Origin: an uncultured Nitrospiraceae bacterium
GTDB taxonomy: Bacteria > Nitrospirota > Thermodesulfovibrionia > Thermodesulfovibrionales > Dissulfurispiraceae
Direction of reading: 5' to 3'
Length of the DNA stretch: 64,000 nucleotides
Assembly (NCBI GenBank): GCA_963705105.1
Contig: CAVPIW010000009.1
Coordinates: 294,896 to 358,895 of the forward strand
Of this stretch, positions 49,280 through 60,100 are shown piece by piece. Below the pieces are notes generated by a model, which did not search any database, was not told where the DNA came from, and saw only the letters and a list, made by a program, of their open reading frames with translations. The translations under genes and the position numbers were made by a program. Numbering within the stretch: the stretch's first letter is position 1; every line of letters begins with the position of its first letter.

Positions 49280-49394
49280 GCCAGGCTTTGTTGTGTCCCG
49301 TTCCTGTCTTTGCATACTGTCTATTGTCCACTGCATTCTGTCTACTGTTCAAGTGGCGCATAGGGCCCGCCTTTCCGTGCAATTGAAAGATGTA

Positions 49395-49907
49395 TTATTG
49401 TTCTTCATAGTCTCCCTTGCTCACGAGGATCACGAGCTGGTCGCCCCCGCTCTCGTTCGGCTCCGGCCTCTGCGCGACGATGGTGTCCCGCACGGCGCTC
49501 CTCGAGTGCACATAGATGATCTTCCCGACCCGGATCCCCCTCTCCCTGAGATGCGCGTCCGCCTCCGGGAGGGACTTGCCGACGACATCGGGCACGATGT
49601 GAAAGCGGGGCCCCCTGCTGAGGACGATCCTCACCTCCCGCCCCTCCTTGACGGTGCTGTTGGGCGGGATGTCCTGCCGGACAACGTGACCCTGGGGAAC
49701 GAGGGCGTCGAATTCCTCACCTTCGGGGCGGACGTACAACCCCTTCGATCGGGCCGCGGAATTCGCCTCGAGCATGCTCTTGCCCTTCAGGTCAGGCACC
49801 TCAACGGTCCTGCTGAAGCTCAGGAGCTTGAAAGTCAGGTGCCCGGACAGCATCCCGAGCAGGAAGAGACCGGCGATGTACAGCGGTATTTTAAGGTATC
49901 GTTTCAT
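49395..49907 (-). CDS. PASTA domain protein
   Basis: N-terminal TM; two VPD..GKS..EA...Q.P...V..G PASTA units. Confidence 0.85.
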   Translation of the reverse strand: MKRYLKIPLYIAGLFLLGMLSGHLTFKLLSFSRTVEVPDLKGKSMLEANSAARSKGLYVRPEGEEFDALVPQGHVVRQDIPPNSTVKEGREVRIVLSRGPRFHIVPDVVGKSLPEADAHLRERGIRVGKIIYVHSRSAVRDTIVAQRPEPNESGGDQLVILVSKGDYEEQ

Positions 49908-51405
49908 GGGGCGATATAGGGCTATCCCGCACAATCAGGGCGACGAAAAACCCGTCCATCCCGTGCCGGTGAGGCCAGGTCCTGTACCAGACGCAGCCTT
50001 TGCCGCTCGTCTCGCGGAAGGGCTCCAGAAATGACTGCGATCCCTCTGCCAGGTGATATCCCCCGTTCCTTTTCAGAAACTCCCCGACGACCCCTTCCCC
50101 CTCCTCGGGCTCGGTAGAGCATACAGAATATACCATACTCCCTCCTGTCTTGAGAAAGGGGGCTGCGGCTTCGAGGATTCTGAGCTGGTTTTCCCCGTGC
50201 CTTTGGAGGTCCTTTGCCGCAAGGCGGTACCTGACGTCGGGATTCCTCCTGATGACGCCCGTCGATGAACAGGGCGCGTCGATCAGTATCCTGTCGAAGC
50301 GGGCACGCTCAGCATCCTGCACGGCCATGTCTGCCTTCGCGAGAACGGCGCCGAGGTCGGCGGCGTCGCCCTGGACGATGTTCACGGAGCCGACGCCAAG
50401 CCGCAGGAGGTTCTCCCTGAGACGCTCCAGGCGGGCGCCGTCGGCATCGACGGCGATGATCTCGCCCCTGTCGCCCATGAGCAAGGCGATGTGGGTCGTC
50501 TTCCCCCCCGGGGCGGCGCAGAGATCGAGCACCCTTTGTCCCGGCGACGGATCGAGGAGAAAAGAGACGAGCTGGGCGGCCTCGTCCTGCACGATAAAAG
50601 GCAAGGGAAGCATGTCCAGGAGGTCCTTGAATGTCGTTCCTTCGCCGGCGATGATCGCGGAGGGAATCCAGCGGCCGGCCGACGCTGTCAGACCGCGCTC
50701 CGCGAAGATCCTCAGCGCCTGCTGCCTGTCCTTCGCATCATCGATCCGCACCGTCAGGGGAGGCACCTCGTTATTCGCCCGCGCCATGAGAAGCGCCTCG
50801 TCATATCCGAACCTCCTGATCCATCTCCTGATCATCCAGGCCGGATGGGAGGTCGTCACAGAGACATACTCCGCGGTGCGTGACTCCGGATAGACGAGCT
50901 CGTCCGTCCTGCGCAGCACGTTCCGGAGCACGGCATTGACCAGGTCGGGCTTCCCTCCCCTAACCTTTTCGATGGTCACCGCCTCGTTCACCGCCGCCCA
51001 TTCGGGGACCCGCATGAAACGAATCTGATAGACGGCGGAGCGGAGGTTGTTCAGCGTCGGCGGCGAAAGACGGAAGATCCTCGGCAGGAAACGGGACAGC
51101 ATCCAGTCGAGCAGGTCCCTCGATCGCAGGACGCCGTACACGATCTCCATGAGAAATGACCGGTCCCGGCCGTCGAGGTCGCCTCCCAGTTTATCAATGA
51201 TCTCCCTGGGCTTCCCGGACCCCGTCAGGACGGCCGTGATCGCCTTGACGGCGCAGACGCGCGCGGCCGTCGCCGACTGCGCCGGCGGCGTATCGAATTG
51301 AAAGACTGCGGGACGGGAAGCGGCCGGACGTCGTCTTCCCTGCAGGGTATCCCCGCCCCTCTTCTTCGGTGAACGGTGTCGCGGGTTTTTCGGTTTCAGC
51401 ATCAC
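49891..51405 (-). CDS. rsmB: 16S rRNA m5C967 methyltransferase RsmB/Sun
   Basis: NusB-like N-terminus, VQDEAAQ, DLCAAPGGKT, DAPCS..G..RRNPD, YSVCS. Confidence 0.93.
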   Translation of the reverse strand: MMLKPKNPRHRSPKKRGGDTLQGRRRPAASRPAVFQFDTPPAQSATAARVCAVKAITAVLTGSGKPREIIDKLGGDLDGRDRSFLMEIVYGVLRSRDLLDWMLSRFLPRIFRLSPPTLNNLRSAVYQIRFMRVPEWAAVNEAVTIEKVRGGKPDLVNAVLRNVLRRTDELVYPESRTAEYVSVTTSHPAWMIRRWIRRFGYDEALLMARANNEVPPLTVRIDDAKDRQQALRIFAERGLTASAGRWIPSAIIAGEGTTFKDLLDMLPLPFIVQDEAAQLVSFLLDPSPGQRVLDLCAAPGGKTTHIALLMGDRGEIIAVDADGARLERLRENLLRLGVGSVNIVQGDAADLGAVLAKADMAVQDAERARFDRILIDAPCSSTGVIRRNPDVRYRLAAKDLQRHGENQLRILEAAAPFLKTGGSMVYSVCSTEPEEGEGVVGEFLKRNGGYHLAEGSQSFLEPFRETSGKGCVWYRTWPHRHGMDGFFVALIVRDSPISPHETIP

Positions 51406-51447
51406 CTTGTCTTTACACTTTGATTTTCATTCTATGCGCTTTGCCGC

Positions 51448-51768
51448 CCGAGCGGTCGTGGCCTTGTTCCGTCGGTTGCCGTCTACTGACTCAATGACTA
51501 ATAACTTAATGACTTTCATAGTGGCATCTTCACCCCGCCTTTTCATGCAACTGAAAGGTCTATATGCTGTACTGCCGGGAAGGCAGATATGGTTCAAAGC
51601 CTTTCCAATGCGATGATGAGACATCTTAAGGTGTTCAGCGCCTGTTGCCTGACGGGCTTCTGGTATCAACAGACACGGCAAAGGGTGGTCTGGAGACAGA
51701 TAAGGTATCTTAGAGGAAAGGCTTTTCACCACATCAGCCTTCCCGGCCGAGCGGTCGTGGCCTTGTTC
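51448..51768 (-). repeat. Mosaic repeat: 168-bp core plus arm B, bounded by a 22-bp direct repeat
   Basis: CCGAGCGGTCGTGGCCTTGTTC at 51448-51469 and 51747-51768. Confidence 0.85.
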
Positions 51769-51782
51769 AGTGATACAGTTCT

Positions 51783-52340
51783 TCATGCCGGGCCTGAGAC
51801 GTTCCGTTTACCGGCGAAATACTCGACGGCCCACTTGACGCGGGAGAGATCGACGCGCGTGTTCAGGCAGGGGCCGTAGGGCCGCTCGTTGGCGACGCCC
51901 AGCACAGGGAGCGGGTAGGTATCGACGATGCCGCTGCTGAGGTCACGTTCGCAGGCGACGGCGACGATGGCATCGGGTTTCACGTCCTGAACGACCTTCC
52001 GGGCGATCGTCCCTCCCGTGGCGACGAAGAGCTCCAGTCCGATGTCTTCGGCCATCTCTATCAGGTCCCTGATGAGGCATTTCCCGCAGCGCTTGCAGTT
52101 CTGGATCCTGTGGGTAATCCTCACGTCACACTCCGACACCTGGAGACAGTGCGGCAGGAGGAGGAGCACCTTCGTCCCCCGCACCGGTTTTTTGTCCTTC
52201 CATTCGGCCATGACGAGCCTGTTGTTCATGCGGATGACGGAGAGCTGTATCCTTTCCCTGCTGCCCCTGAGGATCGTTCCCGCTCCCATCAGGGCGGGAT
52301 AGAGGAGACGGAGGAGCACGCCTCTAAGAAAATTTCTCAT
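51783..52340 (-). CDS. DUF116-like protein
   Basis: LLLPHCLQ, CKRCGKC.I, VATGGT.AR, AVACERDL. Confidence 0.82.
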   Translation of the reverse strand: MRNFLRGVLLRLLYPALMGAGTILRGSRERIQLSVIRMNNRLVMAEWKDKKPVRGTKVLLLLPHCLQVSECDVRITHRIQNCKRCGKCLIRDLIEMAEDIGLELFVATGGTIARKVVQDVKPDAIVAVACERDLSSGIVDTYPLPVLGVANERPYGPCLNTRVDLSRVKWAVEYFAGKRNVSGPA

Positions 52341-53247
52341 GTCCCTCCCGCAGGCCCCGCCCGGCCAGAAAAGCCGCCGCCGTCATGACGCGCTTTCCCT
52401 CGGGCTGAAGCTCATCAATGCCCAGGAGCCCCTCGCCGGTGCCGGCGATCAGCTCTCCCCGGGACGCCTTTTCGATCCTGCCGGGAACGCCCGTTCCGGC
52501 AAGGGGGTGTGCCCTGATGATCCTGATCCGCTCCTCACCGAGAAAACAATACGCGCAGGGCCAGGGATACATCCCCCTGACGAAATTGAACAGCTCCCGT
52601 GCGCCACGCGTCCAGTCGATCCTTCCTTCGTCTTTTCTGAGAGAAGGGGCATAGCTCGGCTCGCCCTGCTGGGGGACGGGCTTCAGCGCCCCGTCCCTTA
52701 TCCCCCGGAGCGTTTCGATCAAAGTCCGCGCTCCCAGCTCGGCAAGCCTGACCGACAGGGTTGCCGTCGTGTCGCCGTCGCTGATATCGAGGGTGGCCTG
52801 CAGGAGCATGTCACCCCTGTCGAGCCCCTCGTCCATGAGCATCGTCGTGACGCCCGTAATCGTCTCCCCTTTCAGGAGCGCCCACTGGACAGGTGCGGCT
52901 CCTCGGTACAGCGGGAGGAGCGAGGCGTGGACGTTGATGCAGCCCCGCCGGGGGATGGTCAGGACAGGGCCGGGCAGTATCCTGCCATAGGCGACGACGA
53001 CGATGAACTCCGGTCCGATGGCCCCTATTTCAGCGGCGAAGGACTCGTCCCTGATGGTCGGGGGCTGAAGGACGGGGATGCCCCGGGAGAGGGCGAGCTC
53101 CTTGACGGGCGGCGCCGCGAGCACGTGGCCGCGGCCTTTCTTCCTGTCGGGCTGGGTGACGACGAGCGCGATCTCCTCTCCGTGGTCGATGAGTGCCTGC
53201 AGGGTGGGGACGGCAAAGGATGGGGTGCCGAAAAAGATGAGGGCCAC
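52324..53247 (-). CDS. fmt: Methionyl-tRNA formyltransferase
   Basis: FFGTP.FA, VVTQPDR, NVHASLLP.YRGAAP. Confidence 0.96.
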   Translation of the reverse strand: MALIFFGTPSFAVPTLQALIDHGEEIALVVTQPDRKKGRGHVLAAPPVKELALSRGIPVLQPPTIRDESFAAEIGAIGPEFIVVVAYGRILPGPVLTIPRRGCINVHASLLPLYRGAAPVQWALLKGETITGVTTMLMDEGLDRGDMLLQATLDISDGDTTATLSVRLAELGARTLIETLRGIRDGALKPVPQQGEPSYAPSLRKDEGRIDWTRGARELFNFVRGMYPWPCAYCFLGEERIRIIRAHPLAGTGVPGRIEKASRGELIAGTGEGLLGIDELQPEGKRVMTAAAFLAGRGLREGHEKFS

Positions 53248-53262
53248 TGACGTGTCGCCCCT

Positions 53263-53775
53263 TCAGCGTCTCAATTCGCTCAGGGTCTTCTGGTAACGTT
53301 TCTTGAAGAATTCGCGCTTGATGGCGCTCATGCGGTCGATGTACAGGATGCCGTCGAGGTGGTCGATCTCGTGCTGGAGGGCCCGGGCCAGGAGCCCCGT
53401 CCCCTCGATCTCGACGGGTTTGCCCTCTTTGTCCAGCCCCCTGACGAGGACGGCTGCGGCCCGCTTAATGACCGACGAATAACCCGGTACGCTGAGGCAC
53501 CCCTCATCGGATTCGATCATCCCGTCCGTGTCGATGATCTCCGGATTGATGAGAACGATGAGGGGCTGCTTTTCCTCCTTCGTGCTCAGGTCCAGGACGA
53601 TGAGCCTCCTCGACTCGCCCACCTGGGGGGCGGCGAGACCGATCCCCGGCGCGGCGTACATCGTCTCGACCATGTCTCGTATGACCCTCTGGAGAGAGCC
53701 GTTAATGTCCGCAACCGGCGCCGCTTTCTTCTTCAGCACCTCGTCGGGATACTTTCTGATCGGGAGGACAGCCAT
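53263..53775 (-). CDS. def: Peptide deformylase
   Basis: GIGLAAPQVG, EGCLS, QHEIDHLDG. Confidence 0.97.
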   Translation of the reverse strand: MAVLPIRKYPDEVLKKKAAPVADINGSLQRVIRDMVETMYAAPGIGLAAPQVGESRRLIVLDLSTKEEKQPLIVLINPEIIDTDGMIESDEGCLSVPGYSSVIKRAAAVLVRGLDKEGKPVEIEGTGLLARALQHEIDHLDGILYIDRMSAIKREFFKKRYQKTLSELRR

Positions 53776-53986
53776 TGAAAATTATACCATATGCACCGGC
53801 AGTCAATGACAGTCGTGGTTCTGCCAAGGGGCCTGCACATCGTATCCGATCTCTTTAAGGTCGGAGCTCTTTTTTCAATAAGCGCATGGGATTAGATTGT
53901 CGATATCCGGGGCCACTGCGTCACCCTTGACAGTTGACCTGTTTATGGACTAAATTAAGTCATACTTCAGCAGTGGAGGCGATCTC

Positions 53987-54262
53987 ATGAAACTATCCCG
54001 CCAGATCAGGCCCATCAGCTACCTGAAGGCCCATGCCGCCGAAATCGTACGAAGCCTTGCCGAACAGCGCGAGCCCATGATCATTACCCAGAACGGCGAA
54101 GCCAAGGTGGTCATACAAGATATCGAAAGCTACGAGCAAACCCAGCAGACGATGGCTCTCCTGAAGATCCTCGCACTCGGCATGCGCCAGGTTGAGGAAG
54201 GCAATGTCTTGCCCGCCGACAATGCGATCAAACGCCTTCGGGAAAGGCGGGAAGTTCGCTGA
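53987..54262 (+). CDS. Phd/YefM-family antitoxin
   Basis: PISYLKAHAAE..R.L.....P..ITQNGEAK; GACT-N6-AGTC palindrome upstream. Confidence 0.88.
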   Translation: MKLSRQIRPISYLKAHAAEIVRSLAEQREPMIITQNGEAKVVIQDIESYEQTQQTMALLKILALGMRQVEEGNVLPADNAIKRLRERREVR

Positions 54263-54588
54263 TGCCGTTCAAGGTTTTGCTGACCGGCGATGCAGCACGC
54301 GATCCCGACGAGCTTTATGACGACGTCACTCTGCATGATACACCCCGAAAGGCCGACTACATTTTGGAGCGGATCGAAATAATTTTTTCCCAATTGTCCG
54401 AATTCCCGGAGAGAGGTGTTTATCCGAAGGAACTGTTGACAATGGGGATTCGTGAATATCGCGAGATTTTTTTCAAACCCTACCGCATCATCTACCGGGT
54501 TATGGATAGGAATGTCTATGTCCTGCTGATTGTCGACGGCCGTCGTGACATGCAGTCGGTCCTGCAGCGGCGATTGTTACATGCTTAA
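54262..54588 (+). CDS. RelE/ParE-family toxin
   Basis: L.EFPERG.YP.EL...GIREYRE....PYRIIYRV...DGRRDM; coupled to the antitoxin stop. Confidence 0.85.
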   Translation: MPFKVLLTGDAARDPDELYDDVTLHDTPRKADYILERIEIIFSQLSEFPERGVYPKELLTMGIREYREIFFKPYRIIYRVMDRNVYVLLIVDGRRDMQSVLQRRLLHA

Positions 54589-54774
54589 ACGCTATCGCCC
54601 GGATCGTATTGAGTTCCTTCGGCATGAAGCCCTGAGTAAATGCACAACTTGCCGTCACATTTTTCTTGACAAAGCTGTTTTGAGGCTGTAGTAATTAATG
54701 TATCGAATATAGAGAAACGCCGTATTCACCTTACTAACCCTTCGGCCTCTGTTTGCTGCCTTCGGGAGGATGCC

Positions 54775-56091
54775 ATGGAACTCTCTGACGGTTCGCGCGT
54801 CGCCGTTATCGGCGGCGGCCCCGCAGGCTCCTTCGCTTCCTTCTTCCTCCTGGAGACCGCCTCCCGTGCGGACCTCACCCTTAACGTCGACATCTACGAG
54901 GCGAAGGACTTCTCCAGGACCGGGCCGCCGGGCTGCAATCACTGCGGCGGCATCATCTCGGAATCCCTCGTGCAGATGCTCGCCGTCGAGGGCATCAACC
55001 TTCCCGAATCAGTCGTCCAGCGCGGCATCGACTCCTATGTCCTGCACAGCGACGTCGGCACCGTCCGCATCGGCACGCCGCTCCTTGAGAAGAGAATCGC
55101 CGCTGTCTACCGGGGCGCCGGCCCGAGGGGCTCACACCTCGTCGGGTGGCAGAGCCTCGACGGCTATCTTCTGGAACTCGCCTGCTCCGCCGGGGCAAAC
55201 CTGATCCAGCGAAAAGTCGAGGCCATAGACTGGAAAGAAGGCCGACCTGTCATACATGCAAAAGATGCGGAACCTCAGCCGTACGACCTCGTCATTGGTG
55301 CAGTGGGTGTCAACTCTTCAAGCCTGAAGATATTCGAAGGGCTCGGGTTCAGGTACAGACCTCCCAGGACGACGAGAACTTTCATCTCTGAATTCCATTA
55401 CGGCGATGACCTGATCAATCGGTATCTGGGCAGTTCAATGCACGTGTTCCTGCTGCCGCTGCCGGGACTCGAATTCGCCGCCCTCATACCGAAGGGTGAG
55501 TACGCGACACTTTGCCTCCTCGGCCATGACATCGACAAGGCCCTCGTCGAACGGTTCCTCGGACAAGCCCCCGTGAGGAGCTGCTTTCCTCCGGAGTGGG
55601 AGAACCTGGACGGCGTCTGCCAGTGCCTGCCGAATATAAACGTCGGGGGCTTGAAACAATTCTTCGGGGACCGTGTTGTGATGATCGGCGATTGCGGCGT
55701 CACCCGGCTTTTCAAGGACGGCATCGGGGCGGCTTACAGGACGGCAAAGGCCTGCGCAACGACTGTCGTGTTCGACGGCATTTCAGCGGAAGCCTTCGGC
55801 CGTTTCTACAGGAAGGCCTGTCAGGACGTGGCCCGGGACAACAGGCTCGGCAGGGTTGTCTTCTCGGTCGTCACCCTCTTTCGTCGGCTCAGGGTCCTCC
55901 GCCGGGGGATGTTAACCATGGTCGCCCGTGAACAGGAGTCCCCCGGCGGCGACAGGCCGATGAGCACGGTCCTCTGGGACACGTTCACGGGCAGCGCCCC
56001 GTATAAGGAAATACTTCTGCGCGCCATGCGCCCCGGGTTTCTCGGCCGCCTTGGCGGGGGCACGCTCAGCGCCCTTGTGAAACGGGAATGA
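54775..56091 (+). CDS. FAD-dependent oxidoreductase (geranylgeranyl reductase-like)
   Basis: VIGGGPAG Rossmann motif, CNHCGG, IGDCG....KDGIG. Confidence 0.8.
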   Translation: MELSDGSRVAVIGGGPAGSFASFFLLETASRADLTLNVDIYEAKDFSRTGPPGCNHCGGIISESLVQMLAVEGINLPESVVQRGIDSYVLHSDVGTVRIGTPLLEKRIAAVYRGAGPRGSHLVGWQSLDGYLLELACSAGANLIQRKVEAIDWKEGRPVIHAKDAEPQPYDLVIGAVGVNSSSLKIFEGLGFRYRPPRTTRTFISEFHYGDDLINRYLGSSMHVFLLPLPGLEFAALIPKGEYATLCLLGHDIDKALVERFLGQAPVRSCFPPEWENLDGVCQCLPNINVGGLKQFFGDRVVMIGDCGVTRLFKDGIGAAYRTAKACATTVVFDGISAEAFGRFYRKACQDVARDNRLGRVVFSVVTLFRRLRVLRRGMLTMVAREQESPGGDRPMSTVLWDTFTGSAPYKEILLRAMRPGFLGRLGGGTLSALVKRE

Positions 56092-56116
56092 GCAGGCGGC
56101 AGCCACGAGGTGCACT

Positions 56117-56506
56117 ATGATTTTCAAGGGAGAGCTTGGAAGGCATTTCGGCAACGGAGAGCGGATCGTCAGCCAGGGAGAACGGGGCGACTGCATGTAT
56201 GTCGTCCAGAGCGGTCAGGTAGAGGTGCTGCTTGAGGCGCCTGAGGGGCCGATTCGCCTTGTGGTGCTCGAAAAGGGCGATGTCTTCGGTGAAATGGCCC
56301 TTTTCAGCGACGAGATCCGTTCGGCAACAGTCCGTGCGCTCGGTGACGCACGGGTCCTCACCATCGATAAGCGGACTTTCATGAAGCGCGTGCATCAGGA
56401 CCCGTCCCTCGCCTTCCGGATCCTTCAGAAAATGTCCGCCCGCATCAGGGCCCTGAGCAGCGAGATCGCTCAGCTCAAGGCCCGGCAGGGCGCAGGCACA
56501 CAGTAG
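56117..56506 (+). CDS. Stand-alone cyclic nucleotide-binding protein
   Basis: QGERGDCMYVVQSGQVEV, FGEMAL....RSATVRA; no HTH. Confidence 0.88.
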   Translation: MIFKGELGRHFGNGERIVSQGERGDCMYVVQSGQVEVLLEAPEGPIRLVVLEKGDVFGEMALFSDEIRSATVRALGDARVLTIDKRTFMKRVHQDPSLAFRILQKMSARIRALSSEIAQLKARQGAGTQ

Positions 56507-56556
56507 CGTCCTGCACCCTCAATAGACCGACCATCAGGAATCTCTCGACAGGTTAG

Positions 56557-56592
56557 TTATAAGGAGAGGATCGCCGGTTCCTCTCCTTATAA
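56557..56592. terminator. Hairpin between convergent genes
   Basis: TTATAAGGAGAGGA-tcgccggt-TCCTCTCCTTATAA. Confidence 0.65.
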
Positions 56593-56626
56593 TCTTGCAT
56601 TACGATCCGGTAAATAGCCGGTCTGA

Positions 56627-56980
56627 TTACCCGACCCCGGGGCACGAACCCCTCGGCCAACAGACGGTTATTGTACGACCGTCACAGCACCGTTGCGTGT
56701 AACAGATCGACCCCTCGGCAATTATGACCGACCCCGGTGAAATATACGTTACTGGCAGACCGTTCAAGGTAAGCCTGCCGGGCACATCACAAGGTGTGAG
56801 GGGTACATCTGATATCATGCGATTATCGTTGTCGAATACTATCGCGTCGACGAAGTTTCCAAAACTGTCATTCCTAACGACGAGCCTCCCTTCAGGTATC
56901 GGGATTTCCGTTTTGTACACCACGTCGTCCCTCATCGTGAAATCATCCCTTTCTCTCAACGTTTTCCACTTCTTCTCCAC
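56627..56980 (-). CDS. Small hypothetical protein with Cys-rich C-terminus
   Basis: GTG start after GGAGG; ends CYTQRCCDGRTITVCWPRGSCPGVG. Confidence 0.6.
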   Translation of the reverse strand: MEKKWKTLRERDDFTMRDDVVYKTEIPIPEGRLVVRNDSFGNFVDAIVFDNDNRMISDVPLTPCDVPGRLTLNGLPVTYISPGSVIIAEGSICYTQRCCDGRTITVCWPRGSCPGVG

Positions 56981-57129
56981 GATTCACCTCCGTTTTCAAA
57001 TAGGGATAAAAAAAGCTTTGGTACCATCCGCCTGTCTTCCCCTTCAACGCCTCTCCTTTCTTCGATTTGCCCCCGGTCACTCTGTCACCCCCCATGTCCC
57101 CCCGCCGGGGGAGGGTTTGATCCGAAAAG

Positions 57130-60100
57130 CTATATCGCAAGTGTGAGTTTCATGAACACCGATCGTTTCGGCTGTATGACGGGATTAAAGGGATCGGTAT
57201 CCTGGAACTTGAATGATGTGTCGAAGAGGTTTCTCGCTTCGAGTGTGATGATCCCCAGACGTTTGGGCAAACGCCAGCCGACGGACGCATCGACGACCCA
57301 GAACCGGTCACTCCCCGTCGAACCGGGCTCATTGAAATCCGACCCCTGCGGATGAAAGCGTCCTTCCTGATCGAAATAGGTCGCCTTCAGCCGGGCCATC
57401 AACCCCGAGGGATGGAAAAAGCCGATCGCCAGGGGATAACGGTTTGTTTTCAGGTGCTCTATGCCCTCGGTGAAAGGGCGCTCCCTGTCAAAGTGTTCAT
57501 ATTGATATTCCGCATTCAGAGCAAGCCACGGGTGAGGTGTCCAATACAGGTAGAGACGGCCTGATCTTTCCGTCCAGTCAAAACGCCGCTGCTCGCCCGG
57601 CACTTCGAGGTCCCTCCCGTAATACTCGGCGCCGCCATAGAGATTACCAGTGAATCTCTGATCCAGGCCGACGCCGTAGAGCCATGAATCCGTCCCCTGG
57701 AGATCGTCAAAAAACTGGTTGAAGCCCGCTACCTGGGTCGGCTCAACGGTCTGACTCGTCGTCGGAAGGGTTCTCCTCAAAACCCTGAGTACTGCTGCAC
57801 GCAGCGTGGTCGTGGGCAAAGGATTGAAGGTAAATCCGACTTTCGGGTTGAACTGACTGCGGTCCACCAGATCGCCTTTTTCGTCGTTGACAAAATCAGC
57901 GCTTCCTCCTATTGTGAGTATCACGCTCCTGGGGAAATTGATCTGCGAATACACATACATGTTTGTGTGATGGATCTCGCTCTCGATAGGCGTCGAAGTA
58001 ACATCAGGAGGCAGGGGAGGCGTGACAAAAATGAATCCCAACTCACGCAGGTCGTTTCTGTCCTGCCTGAAATAGCCGGCGCCGGCGACGACGCTCACAT
58101 GTTCTGCGCGAAACAGGTATTGAAGCTCGGCGCTGTAAGTCTTTTGGTCCGTTTTCTGCGCGTTTATCAAATCCAGCACAATGGGATTTTCAGGGTCTGA
58201 ATCATCTATCGCGCGATTTGTGTCGCGGGTATCGAATGTCGCCTTCTCATAAACAAAAGAGCCTATGATATCGGAGCCCGGCGAAAATCCGCGGTGAAAG
58301 CCGAGCCTTACAGAGCTCGTATCCGTCTCCTGACGGAGATTCTGAGAAAAATCGTCAGGCTCGAACCTGAGTGAAAGATCGCCGTTCTTGATATTTCTCG
58401 ACCTGAACTCGGCCTGAACACTCGTGTCGGGAGAGAGGCTCGCCTGGGCGAAGATGTTGAAGATGTTCTGTCTCTGATCGTTGTTTGCCCTGTAACCGTC
58501 CGTCTCGTAGTGGAACTGGCCGAGACTGAAGGACAGTTTGTTCCACACTCCCGACAGGACGATCTCGTCACCAAACGTGCTGTCGCTCCCGGCGACGCCG
58601 CTCACCTGGAGTCCAAGCCTGTTCCTGTTGAACAGGGGGTTGAACTCTTTGAACGACGGCTCGCTCGGGCCGGCGCCGTTGAGAATGAAGAGGTTCGGCT
58701 CGGCAAGACTCGGCTGCACCGGGTTGATATTGATAGGCTGGAGCAGCTGCGACTGGAGGAGTTCGCTCACCCTGGCTATCTCGTGACGGGGCAGGGCTGA
58801 ATAGGTGTCCGCAAGAAACCTGTGAGCCGAAAAATTGACGGGATCCGTATTGACCGACTTCCATCCCTCCACGAGGGCGAGCTGCTGAAACCCGAGGTCG
58901 CTGTAAATCCGGGCAAGGCTTGCGCTTCTCGCTGCAAGGTCGGAATCGAGCAATAAACGGGATCGGTAGACGGCCCGGTTGTCATTGAGCTCAATGGCCT
59001 TCTGCATGTCCTTCAGTGCTTCGACGGGCCTGTTGACGCTCTGCTTCTGAATCGCCTCATAGAACCACGGCGTCGGGTCTGACGGGTCAAGCTCCTCGGC
59101 CATGCCGAATTGATCCGTCGCAAGCCTGTCTCTCTTTTCCTCATAGAAAGCCTTGCCCAGATAACTCCGGATGAGCGAGTTGCCAGGGTCAAGGCTCGCA
59201 GCGATCTCAATTTCCGTGCGGCCAGGTGCCAGGTCTCCCTCCCTGATCATTGCCAGACCGAGGCCAAGCCGCGGCAGCGGGTCCGCCTGGTCGAGTTCAA
59301 CGGCCCTTAAAAAACTTTCCCTGGCAGCTTTCGTCTCTATCTGCGCGAGATGGGCAAACCCCAGGACCGCCCGGGTTCGTGACAGGTTCGGATTCAGCTC
59401 AACGGCCTTACGGGCCGCTTTCAGCGATTCGTCACGATAACCTGAAGATGAATACAGCTCTGCCAGTCTCGCCCATGCGAGGGCGTTTTCAGGGTCCAGC
59501 CTGACCGCCTCTTTGAGGCTGTCCAGAGCTCCCGCGAGGTCAAAACGGGCCTGGTGCGCGTAGGAAAGCGCGATCCTCGCCGAAGGGGAGCGGGGATTGG
59601 CATCAACGGCTTTGCGCGCGAGATCGAGGGCCTTCGCCTTTTCGTTCTGCGCAACGGCAATGACCGATTCAAGCGCCAGGGCATCGCCGTTCCCCGGTGC
59701 CAGACCGAGGGCCTTTGCGATATCTCCCCTCGCCTCTTCGACACGCCCTACGGAGAGGAGCAAAGAAGCCCTATAGTTGAAAAAGCGCGGGTCGCGAATA
59801 TCCTCCGGCACGTCGGAAATACCGTGAAAGGCGCCTTCAATGTCTCCCCTTTGATAGGATTCGACGGACCTTCGCATTATTGTCCGCCAGTCCTTCGGCT
59901 CGCCGATCGGGAGATCGGCAAGGCGATAATCGATAACCGGCGGATAATGGAGTGTCCACTGAACGGCGTCTCGCGGGCGCACTACAACCTGTATCGCAGG
60001 AGCCTGCCCCTTTCCCGCAACCGCCGACTGTCCCTTCTGCAGGATGACGCTGCCGGCGTCGTTCGATAGGGCAACCACTCCTTCAAAGACTGAAAACGTC

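Noticed and set aside
49007..49336. ORFs spanning the 168-bp repeat (also 51427-51786 and 45193-46266)
   Set aside because: Starts and ends differ between copies and there is no consistent RBS; treated as repeat-derived.
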